Positions 46,543 to 55,134 of a stretch of DNA of 64,000 bases are shown piece after piece. Source of the stretch: Longimicrobiales bacterium (GTDB taxonomy: Bacteria > Gemmatimonadota > Gemmatimonadetes > Longimicrobiales > Gaopeijiaceae); assembly GCA_965204735.1 (NCBI GenBank), contig OZ242008.1, positions 64,001 to 128,000 on the forward strand, written 5' to 3'. Position 1 is the first letter of the stretch; every line of letters starts with the position of its first letter. Below the pieces are notes generated by a model, which was not told the DNA's origin, did no database searches, and saw nothing but the letters and a program-made list of their open reading frames with translations. The position numbers and the translations under genes are program-made.

Positions 46543-47415
46543 ATGTCGGGGTCGGGCTTCGCCGAGGTCGCCTTCAAGGCCACGCGCCGGGCGTACTACA
46601 AGTACGAAGCGCTGGAGCTGTCTCCGGGCGACGAAGTGATCGTGCAGGCCGACCGGGGCGAGGACCTGGGCCGCGTCACCGCCCTGGGCAGCATCGCCGA
46701 GCGGAAGTGCTCGTCGTCGAGCGGGTGCGCCACGCCGGTGCCGACCAAGCGGGTGATCCGCCCCGCCAGCGCGGACGAGACGGGGCGCGCCCGGCACATG
46801 CGCGCCGACGAGGAGGTGGCGCGCCGGGAGACGCGGAAGCACGTTCGCCGCCACGGCCTGCGGATGAAGGTCACCGACGCCGAGTGGCAGTTCGACCGAA
46901 AGAAGCTGTACGTCTACTTCACCGCCGAGAAGCGGGTCGACTTCCGGGCCCTCGTTCGCGATCTGGCAAAGGCGTTTCGGACTCGGATCGAGCTGCGCCA
47001 GATCGGCGTCCGCGACGAGGCTGCCCGTCTGGGCGGCGTCGGGCGGTGCGGTCGCGAGCTCTGCTGCTCCACGTGGCTGCCCGCGCTCAAGCCGGTGAGC
47101 CTGCAGCTGGCGAAGGACCAGAGCCTCTCCCTCAACCCGTCCCAGATATCGGGTTGCTGCGGGCGACTGATGTGCTGCTTGATGTACGAGCACGACACCT
47201 ACGTGCAGGCCCGTCGCAAGTTCCCCAGGGAAGGCCGGACGATCCGCACCGCCCACGGCAAGGAGAGGGTCGTCGGCGTGAACATCTTCAAGGAGACGAT
47301 TGCCTTGAGGGACGCCGAAGGGGTCCGGCGCGTCGTGTCCGTCGCCGAGCTGAAGGAGGAAGTTTCGGCCGCGGGCCGTTTGCCGACAGAGCAAGAAACT
47401 CAGGAGAAGCGATGA
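46543..47415 (+). CDS. ricT: PSP1-domain protein (RicT/YaaT family)
   Basis: 'RVDFRALVRDLA', 'RIELRQIGVRDEA', 'CGRELCC', 'SGCCGRLMCCL'. Confidence 0.88.
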   Translation: MSGSGFAEVAFKATRRAYYKYEALELSPGDEVIVQADRGEDLGRVTALGSIAERKCSSSSGCATPVPTKRVIRPASADETGRARHMRADEEVARRETRKHVRRHGLRMKVTDAEWQFDRKKLYVYFTAEKRVDFRALVRDLAKAFRTRIELRQIGVRDEAARLGGVGRCGRELCCSTWLPALKPVSLQLAKDQSLSLNPSQISGCCGRLMCCLMYEHDTYVQARRKFPREGRTIRTAHGKERVVGVNIFKETIALRDAEGVRRVVSVAELKEEVSAAGRLPTEQETQEKR

Positions 47416-47867
47416 GCATCAACCTCTCGGAAGACGCAGTGCACGCCCTCAACCGCTCCGCCGCCGCCGCTGCCAGGGACGGCGAGGAAGCGGTCGCGCC
47501 GATCCACGTCCTGGCGGGATGCCTCTCCGAGAAGCATGGGACGCTTGTGGATGCGCTGGAGGGGATCGGTCTGGCGACCGAGGACCTGCCCTCGGAGCTG
47601 CTGGACTTGCCCCGGACCTACGAAGGCCACCTGCCCTTCACGCCCGAGTCCCACGACGCACTGGCCGCGGCCGTCGAGTTCGGCGAGTCCCGCGGCGGCG
47701 CCACGACCAGCGCCCACCTCCTTCTGGGCGTCGCCCGGACACGACCCCCGGACTGCTCCGAGCTCCTTGACGGCTGGGGCTTGGAGCCGGAGGCGCTGGC
47801 CGAGCAGCTGGCTGCCGCTGCCGCAATGGCCGGCTCGGCTCAAGCCCCTTCCCTGGGAGCCGGGTAG
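47412..47867 (+). CDS. Clp N-terminal-domain protein
   Basis: Two Clp-repeat-like units ('PIHVLAG', 'LPFT...A...SAHLLLG'). ATGA overlap. Confidence 0.75.
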   Translation: MSINLSEDAVHALNRSAAAAARDGEEAVAPIHVLAGCLSEKHGTLVDALEGIGLATEDLPSELLDLPRTYEGHLPFTPESHDALAAAVEFGESRGGATTSAHLLLGVARTRPPDCSELLDGWGLEPEALAEQLAAAAAMAGSAQAPSLGAG

Positions 47868-48959
47868 GTGAGGCCCGCCGCTGCCGCCTTCGGCGTTGCG
47901 CTGCTCCTGGGCGCGGCCACCGCCTGCGCTCCCGCCGCCGACTCCCGCGCGGGCGCCGAATCCGCCCCCGACCCCTTCCCCGCCGTGCCGCCGGACGGCC
48001 CGCTTCCCGAGATCGGCCCCGCTCCCGCCGACTACCGCCCCACCGCCGCCGCCGCGCCCTCCACCGACATCTGGCTCGGCCGCCTCGACCGGACCGGCGG
48101 CACCCTGTCCGCCCTGGAGCTGATCAACGTCACCGACCGGGACGGCTACGACAACCAGCCCGCCTTCGATCCCGACGGCGGCTTCCTCTACTACACGTCG
48201 GCGGTGGATTCGACCCAAACCGAAGTCTTCCGCCGCGACCTGGCTACCGGCGCGACCGAGCAGGTCACCCGCACGCCGGGCGCCAGCGAGTTCTCCCCGA
48301 CCTTCGTCCCCGGCCAGGACGCCTTCTCGGCCATTCGCGAGACGCGCGGCAAGCAGTACCTGTGGCGGTACTCGATCGCCGGTGACGAGATCGGGCCCGT
48401 CTTCTCCACGGTCGAGCCGGTGGGCTACCACGCCTGGGCCGACGAGCGGAGGGTCGTGGCCTTCGTCCTGGGCGACCCGCCGACCCTCCATGTCGGCGAC
48501 GCGGTCTCGGGAGCGATCCGGGTCGTGGCCGAGAACCCGGGCCGCTCGATCCATCGCATCCCCGACGGCGGCGCCGTCTCCTTCGTGCGAAAGGCGACCG
48601 ACGACGAGTGGTGGATCGAGCGCCTGGACCCTGTCACCGGCGCCACCGAGCGCCTGGCCCGGACCCTGCCCGGACGAGAGGACTTCGCATGGACCCCCGA
48701 GGGCGAGATTCTCATGAGCGACGGAGAGACGCTCCACGCCTGGACGCCGGAATCGGGCTGGACCGAAGTGGAGTTGGCCCTCGCAGCGGCCTCGGCGGAG
48801 GACGGGCAGTCGAGGTCGCCCCAGGACTCGCCGACCGGCCGGACCGACCGCCCAGGCGAGCTCTCTCCCGTCGCGGGCGACATCTCCCGCATCGCCGTGA
48901 GCGCCGACGGCGTCCGAATTGCGCTGGTCCGCGGTCGGTCGGCGCCGGACCGGCCTTGA
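47868..48959 (+). CDS. TolB-like (PD40) beta-propeller lipoprotein
   Basis: Lipobox-like ATAC; 'GYDNQPAF', 'SEFSPT', 'PVGYHAW'. Confidence 0.8.
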   Translation: MRPAAAAFGVALLLGAATACAPAADSRAGAESAPDPFPAVPPDGPLPEIGPAPADYRPTAAAAPSTDIWLGRLDRTGGTLSALELINVTDRDGYDNQPAFDPDGGFLYYTSAVDSTQTEVFRRDLATGATEQVTRTPGASEFSPTFVPGQDAFSAIRETRGKQYLWRYSIAGDEIGPVFSTVEPVGYHAWADERRVVAFVLGDPPTLHVGDAVSGAIRVVAENPGRSIHRIPDGGAVSFVRKATDDEWWIERLDPVTGATERLARTLPGREDFAWTPEGEILMSDGETLHAWTPESGWTEVELALAAASAEDGQSRSPQDSPTGRTDRPGELSPVAGDISRIAVSADGVRIALVRGRSAPDRP

Positions 48960-48975
48960 AGCCGGGCGACCGGCC

Positions 48976-49146
48976 GTGAAGCCCGGGCTGATCGCTTCGT
49001 GCGTCGTGGGGACGGCGGTTCTGGCGGGCCTTGCCCACTCGGGTCTCTTCTTCCCGCCCAACGGGTGGGCCACCCTGGGCGCCGGGGCCCTGGGCGCTTG
49101 GCTGGGCCTTGCCGTCTACCGCCTCGTGGCCGACCCTTTCGAGTAG
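48976..49146 (+). CDS. Small two-helix membrane protein
   Basis: 56-aa hydrophobic ORF (MKPGLIASCVVG...LVADPFE) following the operon in the same direction. Confidence 0.5.
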   Translation: MKPGLIASCVVGTAVLAGLAHSGLFFPPNGWATLGAGALGAWLGLAVYRLVADPFE

Positions 49147-49234
49147 CCCTCGCGCGAGTGGTTCTGGCGAAACCGTTGCCGCGACGCGCGCGTAGTGCCA
49201 AGGTTGCCCAACACCACAGCAGGAGGACCCAGCC

Positions 49235-49525
49235 ATGGAATACTTCTTCTTCAACTACCTGCGCTCGCTGGCCGAGTTCTGGAGTTTCGCCTTCCGGCTC
49301 GGCCTCCCCCAGATCCTCCTCATCGTCCTGGTGGTCTGGTGGCTCAAGCGGAGCCGCTGCGGGCAGGACGACGACTGCTGCGGCGTCTGGACCCTGGGAA
49401 CCCGCTGGGGTTGCTGTCGGGGGCCACGCAGCAACAACTGCTGCTGCAGGCAGGACGCCGGCTGCGAAGAGGCCCCCGAGGAGGTCCACGAAGAGGCGCA
49501 AGAAGCGGTCGAAGACGACGACTGA
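49235..49525 (+). CDS. Small Cys-rich membrane protein with acidic tail
   Basis: AGGAGG RBS at 49221-49226; GC3-rich codons; TM helix followed by 9 Cys. Confidence 0.75.
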   Translation: MEYFFFNYLRSLAEFWSFAFRLGLPQILLIVLVVWWLKRSRCGQDDDCCGVWTLGTRWGCCRGPRSNNCCCRQDAGCEEAPEEVHEEAQEAVEDDD

Positions 49526-49586
49526 CCAAGCCGGCGCGCTGCCCGTTCGGCGCGACCGGCGCCGACGCGACGGACGCGCCGATCCT

Positions 49587-51869
49587 GTGGCGCCACCGTT
49601 GCGCGCGACCCTGCGGAGCTTCGTCGCGGGTCTCCCAGCGGTCCTGACCGCCGCGGGTCTCCCAGCGGTCCTGACCGTCGCGGGTCTCCCAGCGGTCATG
49701 GCCGTCGCAGGGCTTTCGGCTCCAACTGTCGCCCAGAGCTTGCCGCCCTCGATCCAGGTCGGCCCGCCGCCGGGTCCGTCCTCGATCGTGCGGGCCCACC
49801 GCACCGACGCGCCCCCGACGATCGACGGCGTGCTGGACGAAGCGTTCTGGCAGCAGATCGAGCCCGTCGCCGACTTCCGGCAGCGCACGCCCGTGGACGG
49901 CGCGCCGGCCTCGGAGCGCACCGAGTTCCGTGTCGCCTTCGACCAGAACGCCCTCTACTTCGCCGTCGTGGCCTACGACTCGGAGCCCGAGTCGATCCGC
50001 CGGAGCATCCTCCACCGCGAGGGTCGGATCGACCAGGACGACAACATCAGGATCGGCCTCGACACGTACCACGACCGGCGCAACGCCTACATCTTCGAGC
50101 TCAACCCCTTCGGCACCCAGGGCGACGCCCTGATCACCGACGAGTCGATGACGCTGGCGGACTGGAACTGGGAGGGGGTCTACGAGAGCGAGGGCAGAGT
50201 CACCGAAGACGGCTGGGTCGTCGAGGCCGCCGTCCCCTTCACCACGATCCGCTTCTCCGACGACGAGGCGCCGACGATGGGCATCCTCGTGGAGCGCACG
50301 ATCCGCCGGAAGAACGAGTTCGTCTACTTCCCCCACGTGAGCCAGGAGTTCCGCAGCGGTCTCGTGCAAGTCTCCCAGTACGCCACGCTGGAGGGCTTGG
50401 AGGACCTGCGACGAGGCCGCTACATGGAGGCGAAGCCCTTCGTCATTGCGGGGCGGTCCGAGTCGGGCCGAGCCGCCGACGAACCGGGGGCCGTCGAGAC
50501 CCTCCGCGAGATCGGGCTGGACTTCAAGTACTCGATCACGTCGAACCTGACCCTGGACGCCACGCTGAACCCCGACTTCGCCCAGGTGGAAGCGGACAAC
50601 GTCCAGATCAACCTGACCCGCTTCAGCCTCTTCTTCCCCGAAAAGCGCGAGTTCTTCCTGGAGCGCGCGGGGCTCTTCAACTTCGGCGACGCCCGCGAGA
50701 CGGAGGTGTTCTTCAGCCGCCGAATCGGCATCGCCAACGACATTGCCGGCGGGGGACGGCTGACCGGCCAGGCGGGTCCCCTCTCCATCGGCGCCCTGAG
50801 CCTGCTCACCCAAGACGCCCGGGACTCGCAGGGCAGGCTCGTGCCCGGCGGCCTCAACTCGGTGCTGCGGCTCCGAGCGGACCCGTTCCCGCGCACCACC
50901 GTCGGCGGTGTCCTCACGTCGCTGGACGCGGGCGACCAGTGGAACCGAGTCGCCGGCGCCGACGTGCAGGTCAGGTTCGGCGGCTCCAGCTCGGTGGTGG
51001 GATGGGCCGCCCGCTCGTTCCAATCCGACGGGCCCAACGCCACCGCGGGCTCGATCGAGGCCAGCGTGGGCAACAGCGTGGCTTCGATCCGAGGCGGGTT
51101 CGCCCGCGTGCCACGGGAGTTCGACCCGGCCCTGGGCTTCGTGCGGCGGCGCGACATGCAGCGCTGGGAAGGGTCCCTGGCGGCGTTCCCGCGCTTCGAG
51201 TCCAGCCGCTGGGCGCGGCAGGTGGTGGCGGCGTTGAACGGCACTCACACCGTAGGGCTGGACGGGGCCAAGCAGAGCGCGGGCCTGCTTGCCCACAGCA
51301 TGCTGACCTTCCAGACGGGCGACTGGCTGGTCTTCAACGCGCGTCGCCGCTCCGAGACCCTGCACGTGCCCGTCAGCATCCAGGGACGGTGGCTGGATGC
51401 GGGCGAGTACGCCTTCAGCACGGCCGAGCTCCGCTGGCGCTCCAACGACAGCCGACCCCTCTCGACTCGCGGCGGCGTCTCCACCGGCGGCTTCTGGGGA
51501 GGCGACAGGACCCAAGTGTCGGTGGGCGGCCAGTGGAAGACGGGGCCGTACCTGACTGTGGGCGCCGACTACGTCTGGAACCGGATCGGCTTGCCCGTCG
51601 AGGACGGCGACTTCACCACGCGCCTCTTCGGAGCGACGGTCCTGGGCGCCGTCAGCCGTTCCCTCTTCGCCAACGCCCTGGTCCAGTACGACGACGTGTC
51701 CAACGTGGTGCAGGCCAACGTGCGCATCGACTGGATACACACGCCGGGCAGCGACCTCTTCGTCGTCTTCGACACCGGCTACGTTGTCGGCGACTTGCTG
51801 GACCCGCGCACCGAGCGATGGCAGCAGCGCACGGGCGTCGTCAAGCTCACCTACCTGAAGGCGTTCTGA
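49587..51869 (+). CDS. CBM9-like + DUF5916 outer-membrane protein
   Basis: 'PTIDGVLDEAFW', 'LDTYHDRRNAY', 'NPDFAQVEAD', 'FFPEKREFFLE', C-terminal Phe. Start uncertain (49587 or 49698). Confidence 0.85.
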   Translation: MAPPLRATLRSFVAGLPAVLTAAGLPAVLTVAGLPAVMAVAGLSAPTVAQSLPPSIQVGPPPGPSSIVRAHRTDAPPTIDGVLDEAFWQQIEPVADFRQRTPVDGAPASERTEFRVAFDQNALYFAVVAYDSEPESIRRSILHREGRIDQDDNIRIGLDTYHDRRNAYIFELNPFGTQGDALITDESMTLADWNWEGVYESEGRVTEDGWVVEAAVPFTTIRFSDDEAPTMGILVERTIRRKNEFVYFPHVSQEFRSGLVQVSQYATLEGLEDLRRGRYMEAKPFVIAGRSESGRAADEPGAVETLREIGLDFKYSITSNLTLDATLNPDFAQVEADNVQINLTRFSLFFPEKREFFLERAGLFNFGDARETEVFFSRRIGIANDIAGGGRLTGQAGPLSIGALSLLTQDARDSQGRLVPGGLNSVLRLRADPFPRTTVGGVLTSLDAGDQWNRVAGADVQVRFGGSSSVVGWAARSFQSDGPNATAGSIEASVGNSVASIRGGFARVPREFDPALGFVRRRDMQRWEGSLAAFPRFESSRWARQVVAALNGTHTVGLDGAKQSAGLLAHSMLTFQTGDWLVFNARRRSETLHVPVSIQGRWLDAGEYAFSTAELRWRSNDSRPLSTRGGVSTGGFWGGDRTQVSVGGQWKTGPYLTVGADYVWNRIGLPVEDGDFTTRLFGATVLGAVSRSLFANALVQYDDVSNVVQANVRIDWIHTPGSDLFVVFDTGYVVGDLLDPRTERWQQRTGVVKLTYLKAF
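49623..49703 (+). repeat. 27-bp tandem repeat x3 (VAGLPAVLT) in the signal region
   Basis: G(T/C)CGCGGGTCTCCCAGCGGTC(C/A)TG(A/G)CC x3. Confidence 0.9.
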
Positions 51870-52645
51870 TGAAGCGGGCCGAGCGACGGGCGGACTCGCC
51901 CGGAATCCAGCGCCTTTGCGTCGATCGGCTGCGACGGGCCAAAGTGGCCGCCTGCGCCCTCGTGCACCTCCTCGCATCTGCCTATAGCGTTGCGGCCCAA
52001 GAGGTGCGGGGGCGCGCGTCCGACGGGTCGACGGGAAGGTCGATTTCGTTCGCCGAAGTTGCGCTGTTGGACGGAGACGGGGTGCCCGTCGTGGCGGCCC
52101 TGTCCGATTCGGAGGGCCGCTTCGTCTTGAAGGCCCCGTCGGCGGGCGAGTACTACGTCGCCATGCAGCGCCTCGGCTACGAGGCCATGCGCTCGCCGCT
52201 GATCGCGGTCGAGGAGGACGGAGCATACCTGCTGGAGCTGGAGACCGCTCCCGAGGCGATTCCCCTTCGCGGCTTGGAGGTCTCGGTGGTCAACGAGGCC
52301 ACAGTCAACTGGTTGCGTCGGGAGTTTCGCGGCAGTCCCTACGCCATGAAGGGCTTTCGGCTGATTCGGGGCGTTCGGCTGGAAGAGGCCAAGTCGAAGA
52401 GCAGGGACAACACCCAGCTGTTGCGCTGGCTCTACATTCCCGTGTCCCACGGTCGTCAAGTATGCGTGCTCGCGTTGTTCGACGCTTGCGGTGAGCTGTA
52501 CGTGGACGGGCGTTGGATGCCCGCCGAGCACGTCGAGAGCATCGACATGGAGTCGATTGCGACGATCGTCACCGTGCTGGAAGACGGTGCGCGGGTGTAT
52601 CTCTTTACGTCGGACTTCGACTGGAAGAAGCATTGGAACCCGTGA
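51869..52645 (+). CDS. Carboxypeptidase-regulatory-like domain protein (exported)
   Basis: 'VRGRASD...SDSEGRF...GEY...RLGY' Ig-like domain and a plug-like 'LYVDG' tail. Confidence 0.7.
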   Translation: MKRAERRADSPGIQRLCVDRLRRAKVAACALVHLLASAYSVAAQEVRGRASDGSTGRSISFAEVALLDGDGVPVVAALSDSEGRFVLKAPSAGEYYVAMQRLGYEAMRSPLIAVEEDGAYLLELETAPEAIPLRGLEVSVVNEATVNWLRREFRGSPYAMKGFRLIRGVRLEEAKSKSRDNTQLLRWLYIPVSHGRQVCVLALFDACGELYVDGRWMPAEHVESIDMESIATIVTVLEDGARVYLFTSDFDWKKHWNP

Positions 52646-52649
52646 GGCG

Positions 52650-54242
52650 CTACTGCCCGTGCGGCTCCGACGAAAGCGACTTGGCCCACTCGGGGACCAC
52701 GGCGGGGTCGATGTCGAAGACGACCAGGCCCAGCGTGTAGACGATCGTCGCGATCACCAGCACGCCGATCAGGTTGAGGAAGATGCCTGGTCGAGCCATC
52801 TCGCCCACCGTGATTCGGTTGCTTCCGAAGACGATGGAGTTGGGCGGCGTGGCCACCGGCATCATGAAGGCGCACGACGCCGACAGCGTGGCCGGAACCA
52901 TGAGAAGCAGGGGATGGGTCCCTGTGGCCACCGCGACCGACGCCAGGATCGGAAGGATCATCTCGGTGGTGGCGGTGTTGCTGGTCAGTTCGGTCAGGAA
53001 CGTCAGCGAGAGGCAGATGAAGAGGATCACCACGAAGGGCGGCAGCACGCCCAGCACGCTGAACTGGTCTCCGATCAGCTGCGCCAGCCCGGTCTGCTGA
53101 AAGCCGCTGGCGAGAGCGAATCCGCCCCCGATCAGCAGGACGATGTTCCACGGCAGGCGCGGGATCACGTCCGGGCCCATGACCCGGGTGTCGGGGACGC
53201 TGCCGGCGCCCGGAGCGTCGTTCGAGCCGCCGGCGTGCGGCCGATTCCGCGTCGGGATGAAGAAGAGCGCCGACGCCATGCCGATCGCCACCGTGCCGTC
53301 GTCGACGAATCCGCCGAAGGGAAGCAGGCTGGACCAGCCGGGGATCGTGATCGCGTCCCCGATCCGCAGGTCGGCGCGGAAGACCCACAGCAGGGCCGTG
53401 AGGGCGAACACCACCGACACCGCCCGTTCCTCGTGGGATATGCGCCCCAGCTTGGCGCGCTCCCGCTCCACCACCTTCGTGTCCACGTTCACGCCCTCCG
53501 GGGCGCGGTAGACGACGTGGGTGATCAGGAACCAGGCGACCGCCAGCATGATCGCGCCGATGGGCAGCGCCACGACCATCCAATGGCCGAATGCGATGGC
53601 GGGCGCCTCGGGAAAGAGGATCTCGAAGATGCGCTGGAACGACAGGTTGGGCGGCGTGCCCACCAGCGTGGTCAGCCCGCCGACGGAGCAGCCGTAGGCG
53701 ATCCCCAGCATGAGGCCGACGGAGAAGGGGCGCGCCTCGTCGCCGGCCGTGTCCTCGATCTGCAGCACGATGGCCAGGCCGATCGGCACCATCATCACCG
53801 CCGTCGCCGTGTTCGATATCCACATCGAGAGGAACGCCGCCGCCAGCATGAAGCCCAGCACGATCCGCGCCGGTCCGCCGCCGACGAAGTGGATGATGTT
53901 CAGCGCGATGCGGCGGTGCAGGTTCCACTTCTCCATCGTCAGGGCGATCATGAAGCCGCCGATGAAGAGGGCGATCGTGCTGTTGAAGTACGCCGGCACC
54001 GTGTCTCCGCCGTCCATGACGCCCAGCAGGGGGTACAGCACGATGGGGACCAGGGCCGTTGCGAAGAGCGGAATCGCGTCGCTCACCCACCACACCGCCA
54101 TGAGCACCGCCACCGCCGCCAGCCGGCTGGCAGGCAGGTTGTCGGGCGCGACGGGAAACGCCAGCAGCAGCAAGGCGAGCGCGGGACCGAGCCACAGCCC
54201 GATGCGACGACCGCGCCCGCCGCGCGAGTTGTCGGTTGCCAT
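52650..54242 (-). CDS. SLC13/DASS-family anion transporter
   Basis: Two SNT motifs ('WISNTAT', 'TSNTAT'), 'GTPPN' and 'PVATPPN'. Confidence 0.93.
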   Translation of the reverse strand: MATDNSRGGRGRRIGLWLGPALALLLLAFPVAPDNLPASRLAAVAVLMAVWWVSDAIPLFATALVPIVLYPLLGVMDGGDTVPAYFNSTIALFIGGFMIALTMEKWNLHRRIALNIIHFVGGGPARIVLGFMLAAAFLSMWISNTATAVMMVPIGLAIVLQIEDTAGDEARPFSVGLMLGIAYGCSVGGLTTLVGTPPNLSFQRIFEILFPEAPAIAFGHWMVVALPIGAIMLAVAWFLITHVVYRAPEGVNVDTKVVERERAKLGRISHEERAVSVVFALTALLWVFRADLRIGDAITIPGWSSLLPFGGFVDDGTVAIGMASALFFIPTRNRPHAGGSNDAPGAGSVPDTRVMGPDVIPRLPWNIVLLIGGGFALASGFQQTGLAQLIGDQFSVLGVLPPFVVILFICLSLTFLTELTSNTATTEMILPILASVAVATGTHPLLLMVPATLSASCAFMMPVATPPNSIVFGSNRITVGEMARPGIFLNLIGVLVIATIVYTLGLVVFDIDPAVVPEWAKSLSSEPHGQ

Positions 54243-54330
54243 GAAGGGAGAAGAATGGCGCGGGGGCGGGGTGGGAGCAAGAACCAACCCCGGAAAGCAG
54301 GGCGGCGCGCGGGGCCCAGGTCTTCGTCGT

Positions 54331-54494
54331 CGGCTTCTGGGTGCCCCGCGGCCTCTGGGCTTCCCGCGGCTCCTCGGTGCCCCACAGCCTCTCGGCGGGC
54401 TCGCGGCCTCTCGGCTTCCCGCGGCCTCTGGGCGTCCCGCCGGCCTCTCGCGCTCGTGGCCTCTCGGCGTCCCGCGCCCTCTGGACGCCCCGCG
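54331..54494. repeat. ~18-bp degenerate tandem array (~9 copies) upstream of brxF
   Basis: Unit approximately CGCGGCCTCT(G/C)GGC(T/G)TCC, repeated. Confidence 0.8.
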
Positions 54495-54497
54495 TAG

Positions 54498-54503
54498 TAT
54501 ACT
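54498..54503 (+). promoter_or_regulatory. Putative -10 element for the BREX operon (leaderless start)
   Basis: TATACT lies 7 nt upstream of the brxF ATG, and there is no Shine-Dalgarno. Confidence 0.5.
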
Positions 54504-54510
54504 GTACGGA

Positions 54511-55134
54511 ATGGAAGCCCTTGCCGACCGGATCGAACGCCGGGCCCGCGAAGCCGCGTCGCTCCATCATCGACTGGTGCTCGTCGCGGGTCCGCCCGGC
54601 TCGGGCAAGACGACGGCTCTGCGAAAGCTGCGGGACCGCACCGGCGCGCCCCTTGTGAACGCCGGCCTCGAGCTCTCCCGCCGAATGCTGGAGCTGACCG
54701 AACGACAGTGCAGGCTCCGCCTCGCCGGGTTGCTCGGCGACGTGGTGGACGAAGCCCACGCCCAGCAGCGGGAAGCCAAGTCCCAGCAGTGGGAAGCCGC
54801 ATCCCACCGCCCGGAAGCGGCGGCGGGGTCGGCGCCCGACCGAGTGGTCCTGCTGGACAACATCGAGATCGTCTTCGATCCGGTGTTCCAGCACGACCCT
54901 CTTCGGCTGCTCCAAGGGCTGTCGCGCCATCGGGTGGTCGTGGCGGCTTGGCCGGGCGCCGTCGCCGAGGGGCAACTCGCGTATGCGGTTCCCGGCCACC
55001 CGGAGCACCGTTCCTATCCGGTCGCAGAGTTGAGCCGAGGTTCGATCGTGGTGGCCGCCCAGGCCGGCTTCCGACCCTTGACCGCGCTGGAACGCTCCCC
55101 GCAGGACCACCCCCCACAGGAACGCCGGCGATGA
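54511..55134 (+). CDS. brxF: BREX type 3 P-loop protein BrxF
   Basis: '[14 protein letters not shown]', '[10 protein letters not shown]', '[11 protein letters not shown]', '[10 protein letters not shown]'; first gene before the BrxC/PglY ATPase. Confidence 0.88.
   Translation: MEALADRIERRAREAASLHHRLVLVAGPPGSGKTTALRKLRDRTGAPLVNAGLELSRRMLELTERQCRLRLAGLLGDVVDEAHAQQREAKSQQWEAASHRPEAAAGSAPDRVVLLDNIEIVFDPVFQHDPLRLLQGLSRHRVVVAAWPGAVAEGQLAYAVPGHPEHRSYPVAELSRGSIVVAAQAGFRPLTALERSPQDHPPQERRR

Noticed and set aside
54331..54494. Possible CRISPR array (also 12006-12203 and 40307-40400)
   Set aside because: The units are contiguous and degenerate, with no unique spacers, and there are no cas genes.
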